Shown here piece after piece: positions 1 to 8,370 of a DNA stretch of 33,470 bases. This DNA comes from Sulfolobales archaeon. GTDB lineage: Archaea; Thermoproteota; Thermoprotei_A; Sulfolobales; NBVN01. The DNA is taken from contig JAWBTQ010000007.1 of the NCBI GenBank assembly GCA_038841535.1, forward strand, positions 5,881-39,350. The letters run 5' to 3'. Each line of letters opens with the position of its first letter. Position 1 is the stretch's first letter. The notes below the pieces were generated by a model. It did no database searches and was not told the DNA's origin. It saw only the letters and a list, made by a program, of their open reading frames with translations. The position numbers and the translations under genes are program-made.

Positions 1-1372
1 CTGGAGCCGATGAACTCGCTATACCAGACGAGAGCCCTACACATGAAAGAGCTGACGCAGTCTCAAATAGAGAATCTATGTAGCTGAAGCTAGTGATGCC
101 GGAAGACAGTAGAGACAAATGTAGAACAACTGATATCGCTGCTAACGTAAGCAAGTATAGAGCTACGAAGGAGTAAGTCGATATTAATTCTTCTTCCTTA
201 ATTACTTCGCCACCAACTCTTCTAACTACCACTACAGACTTTGGAATGAAGACCTTACCCGACTCCCACAGTAATGACTTTGCTAAAACTATAGCCCGCT
301 TTATTTTAATACCGCCGGCTGTTGAGAAAGTTGAGCCCCCAACTACCATCGAAAGCACTAGAACAACCTTTACGATGTCTGGATGGTCTCTAATGGGAAC
401 GATAGAGAAACCTGTTGTAGTCAGACCCGACAGCATGTGGAAGGTCCATGCCCAGAAAGACGACTCTGTCGAGTTTGTAGCGATAGCTGAAACCCCCAGC
501 AAAGCAAGAAAAACCAGGAAAATAGCTGCGAACCCTCTGACTTCTATAGACTTTGCGAATTCGCTGAGGCGTCCAAGGCTTAAGTTGTAGAGGTCCATAA
601 AGTTGAGCGCCCCCAACACCATTAATATAGATGCGGATATCGCTATGAAGTTGTTTCCAGCCTTAAACCAGTAGCCTAGGTTTTCGGAGTTAGTAGACAT
701 GCCCCCGGTTGCTATAGCTGTCATAGAGTGGGCTATCGAGTCTGTGAGAGCCATACCGGAAAGAGTGAAGAGCAGTACTCCTATGGCCGTATACACTACG
801 TATAGAGTGAAGAGCTTTCTAGTTGTCGATATTATTGTTGGAGCTAGTCTAGCCCCTCTCTCGACTACGTAGATACTCCTAATAGACCTGTGTAGAAAAG
901 GCAACAGAACCCCTGAGATCACAACGACCCCAAGCTCTCCAACCCACTGCGTTAGGGCTCTCCAGATAAGGATTACTCGAGGAAGAGATTCCGGCTTATC
1001 TATAACAGTAAGACCCGTTCCAGAGAACCCGCTAACAGACTCAAAAAGTGCGTCAAGAAAGGGCATACGAATAGTGTAACTATACAGGGTTGCTGAAAAT
1101 AGCGGGGCGAGAATCCAGAAAACTGATACCACTAAGAAAGCGTCAACTAGCTCGACGATGAGGTGTTTCCTATATAGAGCAAAAACCGCTACGGACACAG
1201 AGTCGAAAATCAGAGCTATTCCAACGATCTTTAAGCTAACTTCTCTTTCAATAACTTCCTCAAATACAAGAAAACCGGCTAGACCAGTGATAATTGCTAG
1301 TGTAGAAACAGTCGCTAACAGAATGGCCAAACTAGACGCAAACCCCTTAACTTTAGCGAATGTGACCCCCAT
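1..1372 (-). CDS. trkH: TrkH/KtrB-family potassium uptake membrane protein (3' end runs off the window)
   Basis: Not in the ORF track; segments read manually. ATG at 1372-1370 is preceded by a GGAGGTGA RBS (tcacctcc 1375-1382). Translation starts MGVTFAKVKGF and contains pore-loop motifs FLDALFESVSGFSGTGLTV, HSMTAIATGGMST, HMLSGLTTTGFS, AGGIK and SAFSCVGLS. Confidence 0.93.
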   Translation of the reverse strand, partial: MGVTFAKVKGFASSLAILLATVSTLAIITGLAGFLVFEEVIEREVSLKIVGIALIFDSVSVAVFALYRKHLIVELVDAFLVVSVFWILAPLFSATLYSYTIRMPFLDALFESVSGFSGTGLTVIDKPESLPRVILIWRALTQWVGELGVVVISGVLLPFLHRSIRSIYVVERGARLAPTIISTTRKLFTLYVVYTAIGVLLFTLSGMALTDSIAHSMTAIATGGMSTNSENLGYWFKAGNNFIAISASILMVLGALNFMDLYNLSLGRLSEFAKSIEVRGFAAIFLVFLALLGVSAIATNSTESSFWAWTFHMLSGLTTTGFSIVPIRDHPDIVKVVLVLSMVVGGSTFSTAGGIKIKRAIVLAKSLLWESGKVFIPKSVVVVRRVGGEVIKEEELISTYSFVALYLLTLAAISVVLHLSLLSSGITSFSYIDSLFETASALSCVGLSSGIASSSAP

Positions 1373-1660
1373 TTTCACCTCCACACGTTGTATACCTATT
1401 GCGATCACTTACTAACGCTTTTAATTATTTCTAGACCTTCGAAGAGAAGTACTACATATATCTTGAACTGATTTTCCAACAGCAGAAGGCATCGAAAGTT
1501 AATTTCACTTCAAGAGCTCCATACAATAGGTACTTCGATACTTGCTGAAGGCATGTTAGTTGCTGGACTTGGGGGGATCGGGCATTATTTAACCGCTCCT
1601 TGAAAAGATTAGCTCCTATTTAGTGCATGTTTTGAGTGAATTGCTGGAGTGTGTTTACTT

Positions 1661-2953
1661 TTAAGGTACCCAGAAGTGCTTTATGTATGATATATAGAAC
1701 CCGGCTACTATAGCGGTACCTATGACTCCAGCTACGTTAGGCCCTAAAGCATGAAACAGTACGTATAGTCCCGGTCTAGCAAGCTGTGCTTCTCTTTGAG
1801 CTACTCGAGCAGCAATCGGGACTGCTGAAACACCTGCACAGCCTATGACCGGGTTTACTTTACCCTTAGTTAGGAAGTAGAGAGCCCAAGCAAATAGCAG
1901 TCCTCCTACTGTAGATACTGCAAACGCCACTAAACCTAGTGCCAGTATCATGAAAGCCTCGACAATGAAACTGAAGAATGCTGCCGGAGAAGCCTCAGCT
2001 ACGTACTGCAACAGGAAATCGTAGGACAGAGTCGCACCAACACCTATCATCGTAAGTATTGTGGCAATATCGAGCAGAGGGTCTGCTAGTGTCTTAAAGT
2101 ATCTCTCGAGCTCACCTATTTTTGTAGAGAGCTCTTTTACTATGTTTCCCATAGCTATTGCTGCCACGAGCGGAAATGCCGCTGGAACTAAGGCACCTAC
2201 TACTACGAGACAGATAAACCAAAACGTAAGTATGTGGCCCAAGGTTACTTCCTTAGGGCTCGGCATCTCAATAGCTCTATATTTCTTCGGTACAAGAGCT
2301 CTAATTATGGGGGGCTGTATTACAGGAACGAGGGCTATGTAGCTGTATACGGCGATAGTTAGAGGACCAACAAGATGGGGTGCCACGTTCACTGCGGTAT
2401 ATATTGTAGTAGGTCCATCGGCACCTCCTACTACCCCTATAGCCATAGCCTCGTTTAAGTGAAATCCTAGTGCTAGGGCTATGAACGTTACAACAGTTAT
2501 TCCCAACTGGGCGGCCGAACCTATGATAGCGCCTGTAGGGAACGATATTAGTGGGCGAAAGTCCGATAGTGCTCCAATACCTATGAAAATTAGTATGGGA
2601 CCTACCTCACTCCTTACCACAAGATGGTATACCCAGCCGAGAAGCGACGTCGACTCCGGAGAGCATACTCTCGTATAGTTCCCGAGGTTTATCACGTTTA
2701 CTAAACCCTCAACTCCCTTCAACATCGCTGGCAGCTGTCCATCCATGTCTTGGCATACGTACTTGGCTAGATGAAGACCGGGTACGTTAGCTAGAATCAT
2801 CCCGAGCCCTATAGGTATCAGCAGAAGAGGCTCGACACCTTTTTTCACTGCTAGAAACAGTAGAACAGCTCCCCAAACTATGAACGTAACTCTTATACCC
2901 AGTTCCATAGGGTCTCCTAAGGCTAATCCCGGGAGCAGTATGGAGATGTCCAA
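1661..2953 (-). CDS. oadB: Sodium ion-translocating decarboxylase beta subunit (OadB/MmdB/GcdB family)
   Basis: Hydrophobic 430-aa protein with family motifs EPLLLIPIG, IFIGIGALSDF, GGADGPT, YSYIALVPVIQPP, GVSAVPIAARV and GPNVAGVIG. TTG start. Confidence 0.93.
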   Translation of the reverse strand: MDISILLPGLALGDPMELGIRVTFIVWGAVLLFLAVKKGVEPLLLIPIGLGMILANVPGLHLAKYVCQDMDGQLPAMLKGVEGLVNVINLGNYTRVCSPESTSLLGWVYHLVVRSEVGPILIFIGIGALSDFRPLISFPTGAIIGSAAQLGITVVTFIALALGFHLNEAMAIGVVGGADGPTTIYTAVNVAPHLVGPLTIAVYSYIALVPVIQPPIIRALVPKKYRAIEMPSPKEVTLGHILTFWFICLVVVGALVPAAFPLVAAIAMGNIVKELSTKIGELERYFKTLADPLLDIATILTMIGVGATLSYDFLLQYVAEASPAAFFSFIVEAFMILALGLVAFAVSTVGGLLFAWALYFLTKGKVNPVIGCAGVSAVPIAARVAQREAQLARPGLYVLFHALGPNVAGVIGTAIVAGFYISYIKHFWVP

Positions 2954-3024
2954 GTACCTAGCACCATAATTGCGTACACCATTAGAATAAAAGCTTTTGG
3001 AGCAGCAAACGGATATGCCCCTAA

Positions 3025-3038
3025 TTAAAAGTTTTAAG
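3025..3038 (+). promoter_or_regulatory. Putative BRE/TATA promoter of tRNA-Ile
   Basis: A-rich run followed by TTTTAAG (3032-3038), about 25 nt upstream of the tRNA 5' end. Confidence 0.55.
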
Positions 3039-3058
3039 TGCTAACGCATAGTTCTTCG

Positions 3059-3133
3059 GGGCCCGTAGCTTAGCCTGGTTAGAGCGCCCGGCTGATAACC
3101 GGGAGGTCCGGGGTTCGAATCCCCGCGGGCCCA
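3059..3133 (+). tRNA. tRNA-Ile (GAU)
   Basis: Cloverleaf: acceptor stem GGGCCCG/CGGGCCC plus discriminator A, anticodon arm CCCGG-CTGATAA-CCGGG, T loop TTCGAAT. No intron and no encoded CCA; followed by CTTTT. Confidence 0.97.
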
Positions 3134-3141
3134 CTTTTGCG

Positions 3142-4551
3142 GTGGTAGTATTGCCACCAATCCCGGTAGTAGTAGCAACAGAAAAGGAAAACAGATACAG
3201 TATAGGCGTTCTGTTAGGTTACCTATTAAAGCGCTTAAAAGAGGAGAGACTAGATAGCTATTTCAGGTTTGTTTTAACAAACTGGGCTAACGTTAATGAA
3301 GTTCTTACTTCACTCAGCAGACCCCACGTTCTAGTGGCGTCCCTCTTGACGACTCAGATTCTTGGTCTCTACAGCAGAATCCAGAGTGCCCTAGAGGTTT
3401 CACGACGGCTAGGTGGAATCTCTGTGGCTGGAGGACCTCACGCTACCGGGGATCCTTACGGTACGATTTTGAACATAGGGTTTGACTTAGCTTTTATTGG
3501 AGAAGCTGAAGAGAGCTTTGCTGAATTCATAGTAGAACTAATACTAGGTAGAGACCCTCTTTCAGTGCGCGGAGTAGCTAATGTAAGTGAGGAAGGAGTT
3601 AAAGTACGTTATAGCAGAAGGAGGGTGTCGAACCTGGATCTAGTACCTCCTTTTTGTCGAGAGCTCGGCCTCTTCAACCCCATAGAGATCATGAGAGGGT
3701 GTCCGCATGCTTGCCGCTTCTGTCAAGTAAGCTACATGTTCAGTGCTTTTCCTAGGTTTAGAAGCATTGAAAACATAGTTTCGTTCGCCAAGGAACTTCT
3801 TATCAGAGGTATTCGAGACATAAGGTTCGTATCCCCAAGTGGATTTCAGTACATGTGCTCCAAGAACCTAGATGTTGCTGCCCTAAGTAGTTTGCTTGAG
3901 ACACTCGATAAAGATGTTAGAAGTCTCGGTGGAAGAGTTTACCTAGGATCTTTTCCAAGCGAAGTGAGGCCCGAACATGTGACCGAGGAGACCTTACGCC
4001 TTATTAAGGCTTATGTCGATAACAGGAAGCTTAATATTGGAGCTCAGACAGGATCGGACAGACTCCTCAAGTTACTACATAGAGAGCATAGTGCTGATGA
4101 TGTATTAAACGCCGTCACAGCGGCCAATAAGTACGGTTTTAACGTCGACGTCGACTACATGTTCGGCTTACCCTGGGAAGACTCTGAAGACCTAGAAATC
4201 ACGATGAAACATATAGAGAAGATAGTAGAACTTGGTGGAAGAATACATTGTCATACTTTTATACCCCTTCCTGGAACTCCTCTATCTTTCGCTTCTCCAA
4301 AAAATATCCCAGAGTTCGTAAAGAATAGATTAATCAAATTGATGGGTAGAGGGAAAGTGTGGGGACAGTGGCTTAGGCAGGAGTCTTTAGCAAGAGAAAT
4401 AGCTCTTCTTAGAGAAAGTAATTTTATAGTAATAAACTATCAAAGAGCAAGCAGTATAGTTGCTGAAAAATCAAAACTCATTAAGAGAAGATTCAATGTT
4501 TTTTACAACAACTTACATAAGATCGAGTTACTAAATGCAGAAATACCGTAA
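3142..4551 (+). CDS. B12-binding domain / radical SAM protein (MJ1487-like family, function unknown)
   Basis: CxxxCxxC motif CPHACRFC (3700-3723); N-terminal cobalamin-binding-like GGPHATG and IGEAE; GSFPSEVRPE, GAQTGS and PLPGTP motifs. Start codon uncertain. Confidence 0.88.
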   Translation: MVVLPPIPVVVATEKENRYSIGVLLGYLLKRLKEERLDSYFRFVLTNWANVNEVLTSLSRPHVLVASLLTTQILGLYSRIQSALEVSRRLGGISVAGGPHATGDPYGTILNIGFDLAFIGEAEESFAEFIVELILGRDPLSVRGVANVSEEGVKVRYSRRRVSNLDLVPPFCRELGLFNPIEIMRGCPHACRFCQVSYMFSAFPRFRSIENIVSFAKELLIRGIRDIRFVSPSGFQYMCSKNLDVAALSSLLETLDKDVRSLGGRVYLGSFPSEVRPEHVTEETLRLIKAYVDNRKLNIGAQTGSDRLLKLLHREHSADDVLNAVTAANKYGFNVDVDYMFGLPWEDSEDLEITMKHIEKIVELGGRIHCHTFIPLPGTPLSFASPKNIPEFVKNRLIKLMGRGKVWGQWLRQESLAREIALLRESNFIVINYQRASSIVAEKSKLIKRRFNVFYNNLHKIELLNAEIP

Positions 4552-4763
4552 CAAAAAGCCCTCTCCTGGAGTTATTGTGGGTTGTAACTAGCTAGAGAAA
4601 GTGTAAGTTAAGAATAGCTTCGCTAAGAGTCCTAGCGCGCAAACCTTCTCAAGACTGCTTTAAGGATAGCATAGCCAACAGTATCAATCTGCTGAAATAG
4701 TATAAGGACTAGCTCCAGTTGTATTAAGCTTATTTAATCCTAGTTGATTGCTATTAGGAGGCT

Positions 4764-5033
4764 TTGATGAGCGAAACAAAATCATATAAAGTCAGCGTCG
4801 GGAAAAGGGCTATTAGCGATTACATGGCTTCAATAGCCATAATATTTAACCAAGGTGTTAAATCAGTTGTAATAAGAGGATGTGGTGACAATATACACAG
4901 AGCTGTGACGCTGTATAACGCCCTCAAGTCTAGGCTCGGAGACAGCATCAAACTAGCGAACGTTAGAATAGGGAGTGAGAAGAGGGGATTTAAGTATGTA
5001 TCATATATAGAAATCGAAGTTGAGAGAGTTTAA
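4764..5033 (+). CDS. Alba-family DNA/RNA-binding chromatin protein (Alba2-like)
   Basis: 89 aa with VSVGKR..DY, VVIRGCGDNIHRAV, VRIGSE and VSYIEIEV Alba pattern; AGGAGG RBS upstream. Lacks the canonical Alba1 GKKP/KARG motifs. Confidence 0.85.
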   Translation: MMSETKSYKVSVGKRAISDYMASIAIIFNQGVKSVVIRGCGDNIHRAVTLYNALKSRLGDSIKLANVRIGSEKRGFKYVSYIEIEVERV

Positions 5034-6178
5034 ATAGGCGCAATATCGGGTGGTGCTAGCTTAGATAATGACCTGAAAGCCCTGAGCTTATCTTTATAAC
5101 CTAGCTCGGCACTCCTTACTATCTCGTATAACTCGCTGAGTACTTCTTCAGCAAGCTTTTTCTTAACTGGGTACGGAACCCCGTCCTTGCCTCCTATGGT
5201 ATACGCGTACTTGAAGGGGCTATACACCTCGATGTCTCTTAAGGGTGGTGGTTCTCTGTAGACCAGCTCAGAAATAAGCGATAAAGCCCTGAGAGTTTCT
5301 GGACCAGCTCTCGTCTCGTGCAAGAGTTCAGAGAAGCTTGATGGACTAACCTCATACGCTTCGTTTAGTATCTTGAGGAGCCTCTCAGTAAGTTTAACAG
5401 GTCTATAGTAGGGGATTTCCGCTACTATGGGTCGAGGTAGTTCTCCAAAAAGAGGTTTATATCCTCTAATGACGGCGTTGACAACATGCAAATACTTAGC
5501 TATCTTCGTGGGTCTCTCACGCACCAGATCTAGTATGACTTTACGGCTTTTGAGGGATCCTCTGTCACTTAGGTTTAGTGGTAGTGTGGTTTTTTCACAT
5601 AGTGCCCCACTATGAGGCTCTATAGTTACGTCACCTGAATCCGCCCTCTCCCACGAAAGATGGTATCTCCTAGCTATTCTCTCACTAGAGTTCATACCCT
5701 GCTGTATAACTACCCAACTTCCCTTTCCGTCAAACACTATGATATGATGATAGAGAGAAAAGCCGTCTTGTAGAAGTGCGGAATCGGTCTTGGCGGCAAG
5801 CTTTGATATCCGCACTAACTCATTTCTAGTACTAAACCTTATGAGTCCCCTATCGACTAGCATGTCTATCTCTCTAGGTACTGCTGTAGATCTAGTCCCC
5901 TTTCCACCGGCCACCCAAACCCCTAGGTTTTCCCAAGCTAAGACTTCCCGTAGTATTGCCGTAGTAACCGTAGTTGAGCCACTGCTATCCCAATCCATTC
6001 CTATAGCGTTATTTAGTGCTTGAAACCATAGAGGATTCGACAACCTCTTCAGTAAGTATGGGGGGCCCTTCTCGAGAACGACTAACTTAACTATAGCTCT
6101 AGTCATTCTCTTCATAACGTTGAGGAGCCAGGAGGGAACACGACCTTCGTGTAGTGGTAGGTCAGCTACTCCCCACAT
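5030..6178 (-). CDS. DUF763 family protein
   Basis: Motifs ADLPLH.GRVP.WL, GMDWDSSGSTT, VAGGKG, LQDGFSLYHH, VIQQGMN, ARRYH and GGKDGVPYPV. Confidence 0.88.
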   Translation of the reverse strand: MWGVADLPLHEGRVPSWLLNVMKRMTRAIVKLVVLEKGPPYLLKRLSNPLWFQALNNAIGMDWDSSGSTTVTTAILREVLAWENLGVWVAGGKGTRSTAVPREIDMLVDRGLIRFSTRNELVRISKLAAKTDSALLQDGFSLYHHIIVFDGKGSWVVIQQGMNSSERIARRYHLSWERADSGDVTIEPHSGALCEKTTLPLNLSDRGSLKSRKVILDLVRERPTKIAKYLHVVNAVIRGYKPLFGELPRPIVAEIPYYRPVKLTERLLKILNEAYEVSPSSFSELLHETRAGPETLRALSLISELVYREPPPLRDIEVYSPFKYAYTIGGKDGVPYPVKKKLAEEVLSELYEIVRSAELGYKDKLRAFRSLSKLAPPDIAPI

Positions 6179-7496
6179 ACTTTTTCACAATTAGCATACT
6201 TTCTCTTCTATCCACTACTACCACTAAGGAGTTAGGTTCTATCTCCTCATCAGAATAAGCCTTCCAGTACTCTCCCTCAACTATAACGAATCCCTCACCG
6301 CCCGCGGGTATTCGGTCCATAGCTCTACCTACCTTCCCTCTAAGTTCAAAGAGCACTACTTTGCGCCTCTTAGCCTGTATTACTTTGTATAACACGAAGG
6401 CAGTTAGAGACCCTATTCCAACCCCTATTCCTAGAGCTATGTATCTAGACACTAAGACAAATGTAGCGTTAGGAGCTATGTATGTGGGCCCTCCGGTAGG
6501 TAGTAGGGCGAACCCCGTGCTTAACATTATTATGCCGCTTATTCCGAGTATCCCAAATCCAGGTGTCAAAAATAACTCTATCGATAGAAGTGCTGCTCCC
6601 AGTAGGATGAGGAAAAGAGATATGAGATTAGGGTTAAAACCTGAACCTACTAAGCCGAGAAATAAGAAAACTAGAGCTAGAGGTAGAGCTTCAAGCCTTC
6701 CAGAAGCAATAGAGAAGATAGTTGCCATTATACCTATAGTAGTTAATACGCTTGAAAGAAGGGTATTAGAGAGTATAGATAGAAAACGGGACCTAATACC
6801 ACACGAATACTCTTCTACTCTAAGAACACCGGATAACGTGTACTCACTACTGCCAATGAAGATGCTTTTTCCACTAAAGTACTTGAGGGCATCGCTGACA
6901 TCTCTCACCACGTAATCAGCTATACCGTATCTCACTGCTTCTTCAGCTGTTAAGACTAGGTTTCTCGTCACAAACATCTCAACGGCAGTAGTGTTCCTAT
7001 TCCTAAGTCTGGCATAGTGTACTGCTTTCTCTATTATAGGGTTTATCACTTTAGAGTCATTTATTGGTTCGTACCTCCCCGTCACTGGGTTTATCGCAAC
7101 TGGCTGCATGGCACCTATGGTCGCAATCGGTGAGAGAACGATTAAATGTGCTGGAAGAGATATCAAGGTACCAGCACTAAACGCCTTTCCCCCAGAGACA
7201 AAGACTATTACTGGTGTTGTTGCCGTAGCTATCTTATCCCCAATGGTAAGCGCGGCATCTAGATACCCACCGTAGGTCTCGAGCTCCACTAGGACACCTA
7301 ATTTCCTTGACTCAGCATAGCTGATAGCGTCTACGATGCACTCAGCGATACCGGCATCGATCATGTCCCAAGGTGGGGCAACTTTAACATGAACGAGAGT
7401 GTCTATAATAATAGTGCCGCTAACTTCCGCTATAATAGCTAATCCGGGAAACACGAGCAATGCTATAGTAAAAAGAAGTATTACGCTTAAACGCAT
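6162..7496 (-). CDS. nfeD: NfeD (stomatin operon partner) membrane-bound ClpP-class serine protease
   Basis: N-terminal hydrophobic segment; ClpP-like domain (ETYGG, AFSAG, IGAMQP, DSKV); transmembrane bundle; C-terminal OB fold (GFVIVEGEYWKA); adjacent to stomatin. Confidence 0.9.
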   Translation of the reverse strand: MRLSVILLFTIALLVFPGLAIIAEVSGTIIIDTLVHVKVAPPWDMIDAGIAECIVDAISYAESRKLGVLVELETYGGYLDAALTIGDKIATATTPVIVFVSGGKAFSAGTLISLPAHLIVLSPIATIGAMQPVAINPVTGRYEPINDSKVINPIIEKAVHYARLRNRNTTAVEMFVTRNLVLTAEEAVRYGIADYVVRDVSDALKYFSGKSIFIGSSEYTLSGVLRVEEYSCGIRSRFLSILSNTLLSSVLTTIGIMATIFSIASGRLEALPLALVFLFLGLVGSGFNPNLISLFLILLGAALLSIELFLTPGFGILGISGIIMLSTGFALLPTGGPTYIAPNATFVLVSRYIALGIGVGIGSLTAFVLYKVIQAKRRKVVLFELRGKVGRAMDRIPAGGEGFVIVEGEYWKAYSDEEIEPNSLVVVVDRRESMLIVKKYVGSS

Positions 7497-8296
7497 TACT
7501 TACCAGCCTGAGTAGTCTGGCGCGTTACTGCTGAGGCTGCCGATATCGAGGCTCCAACTACTGACGATGATTCGGTCACTATTATTAAGTTCTTCTCTCT
7601 CGCTATTTCTACTAGGGTCTGCAGTTCCCTAAGCCTCAGGGCTTTCGGATTTTCTTCATATGTCTGCGCAGCCTCACTCAATATTCTTGCGGCCTGTCTT
7701 TCGGCCTCCGCCTGAATTATCCTGGCCCTCCTCAATCTCTCGGCTTCAGCCTGGGTTGCCATAGCTCTGACCATGCTCTCCGGCAGCTCTACGGACTTCA
7801 AGGTAACTGAGACCACCTTGATCCCCCAGGGACCAGTAAGCTCGTCTATAATTCCCTGGATCCTCTTATTGATCTCGTCTCTCTTAGTTAGAAGGTCGTC
7901 TAGCTCGACCTGCCCTACGACATCTCGAAGTACTGTTTGAGCAAGCAAAGAGACTGCGTACATGTAGTTTGTGACTTTAGTAATAGCTTTTATTGAGTCA
8001 TCTACTCTAAAGTATATCACAGCATCCACTTTAACACTAACGTTATCTCTAGTAATTATTTCCTGCTTAGGAACATCGATAGTCATTATCCTGAGGTCTA
8101 CCTTGGCTATAGAGTCAACAAAAGGTATCACGAAAAACAGCCCCGGGCCTCTAGCCCCTACTAACCTACCCAACCTAAAGAGCACTCCTCTCTCGTACTC
8201 CTTAAGAACCTTTATGCTCGACGCTAAGAGCGGTAAAACTATGAATAAAGTAGCGAGGATTAGTGTGATCGTCGAAATATCTACGATCGCAGGCAC
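7496..8296 (-). CDS. Stomatin/slipin (SPFH, Band 7) family protein
   Basis: Motifs EYERGVLFRLGR, GPGLFFVIPFVD, ITRDNVSVKVDAV, RAMATQAEAER and ALRLRELQTL. Confidence 0.95.
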   Translation of the reverse strand: MPAIVDISTITLILATLFIVLPLLASSIKVLKEYERGVLFRLGRLVGARGPGLFFVIPFVDSIAKVDLRIMTIDVPKQEIITRDNVSVKVDAVIYFRVDDSIKAITKVTNYMYAVSLLAQTVLRDVVGQVELDDLLTKRDEINKRIQGIIDELTGPWGIKVVSVTLKSVELPESMVRAMATQAEAERLRRARIIQAEAERQAARILSEAAQTYEENPKALRLRELQTLVEIAREKNLIIVTESSSVVGASISAASAVTRQTTQAGK

Positions 8297-8321
8297 CCAA
8301 GTCTTTAGTTGCTTAGGAGCT

Positions 8322-8338
8322 TAAAAGCTGTGCTTTTA
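8322..8338. promoter_or_regulatory. Palindrome overlapping the probable TATA box of the stomatin-nfeD operon
   Basis: TAAAAGC-TGT-GCTTTTA is a perfect 7-3-7 inverted repeat. Minus-strand CTTTTAA (8327-8321) lies 25-31 nt upstream of the stomatin start. Confidence 0.45.
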
Positions 8339-8370
8339 GTAAGATTTTAATCTCTGAACCTTAAGCAACT

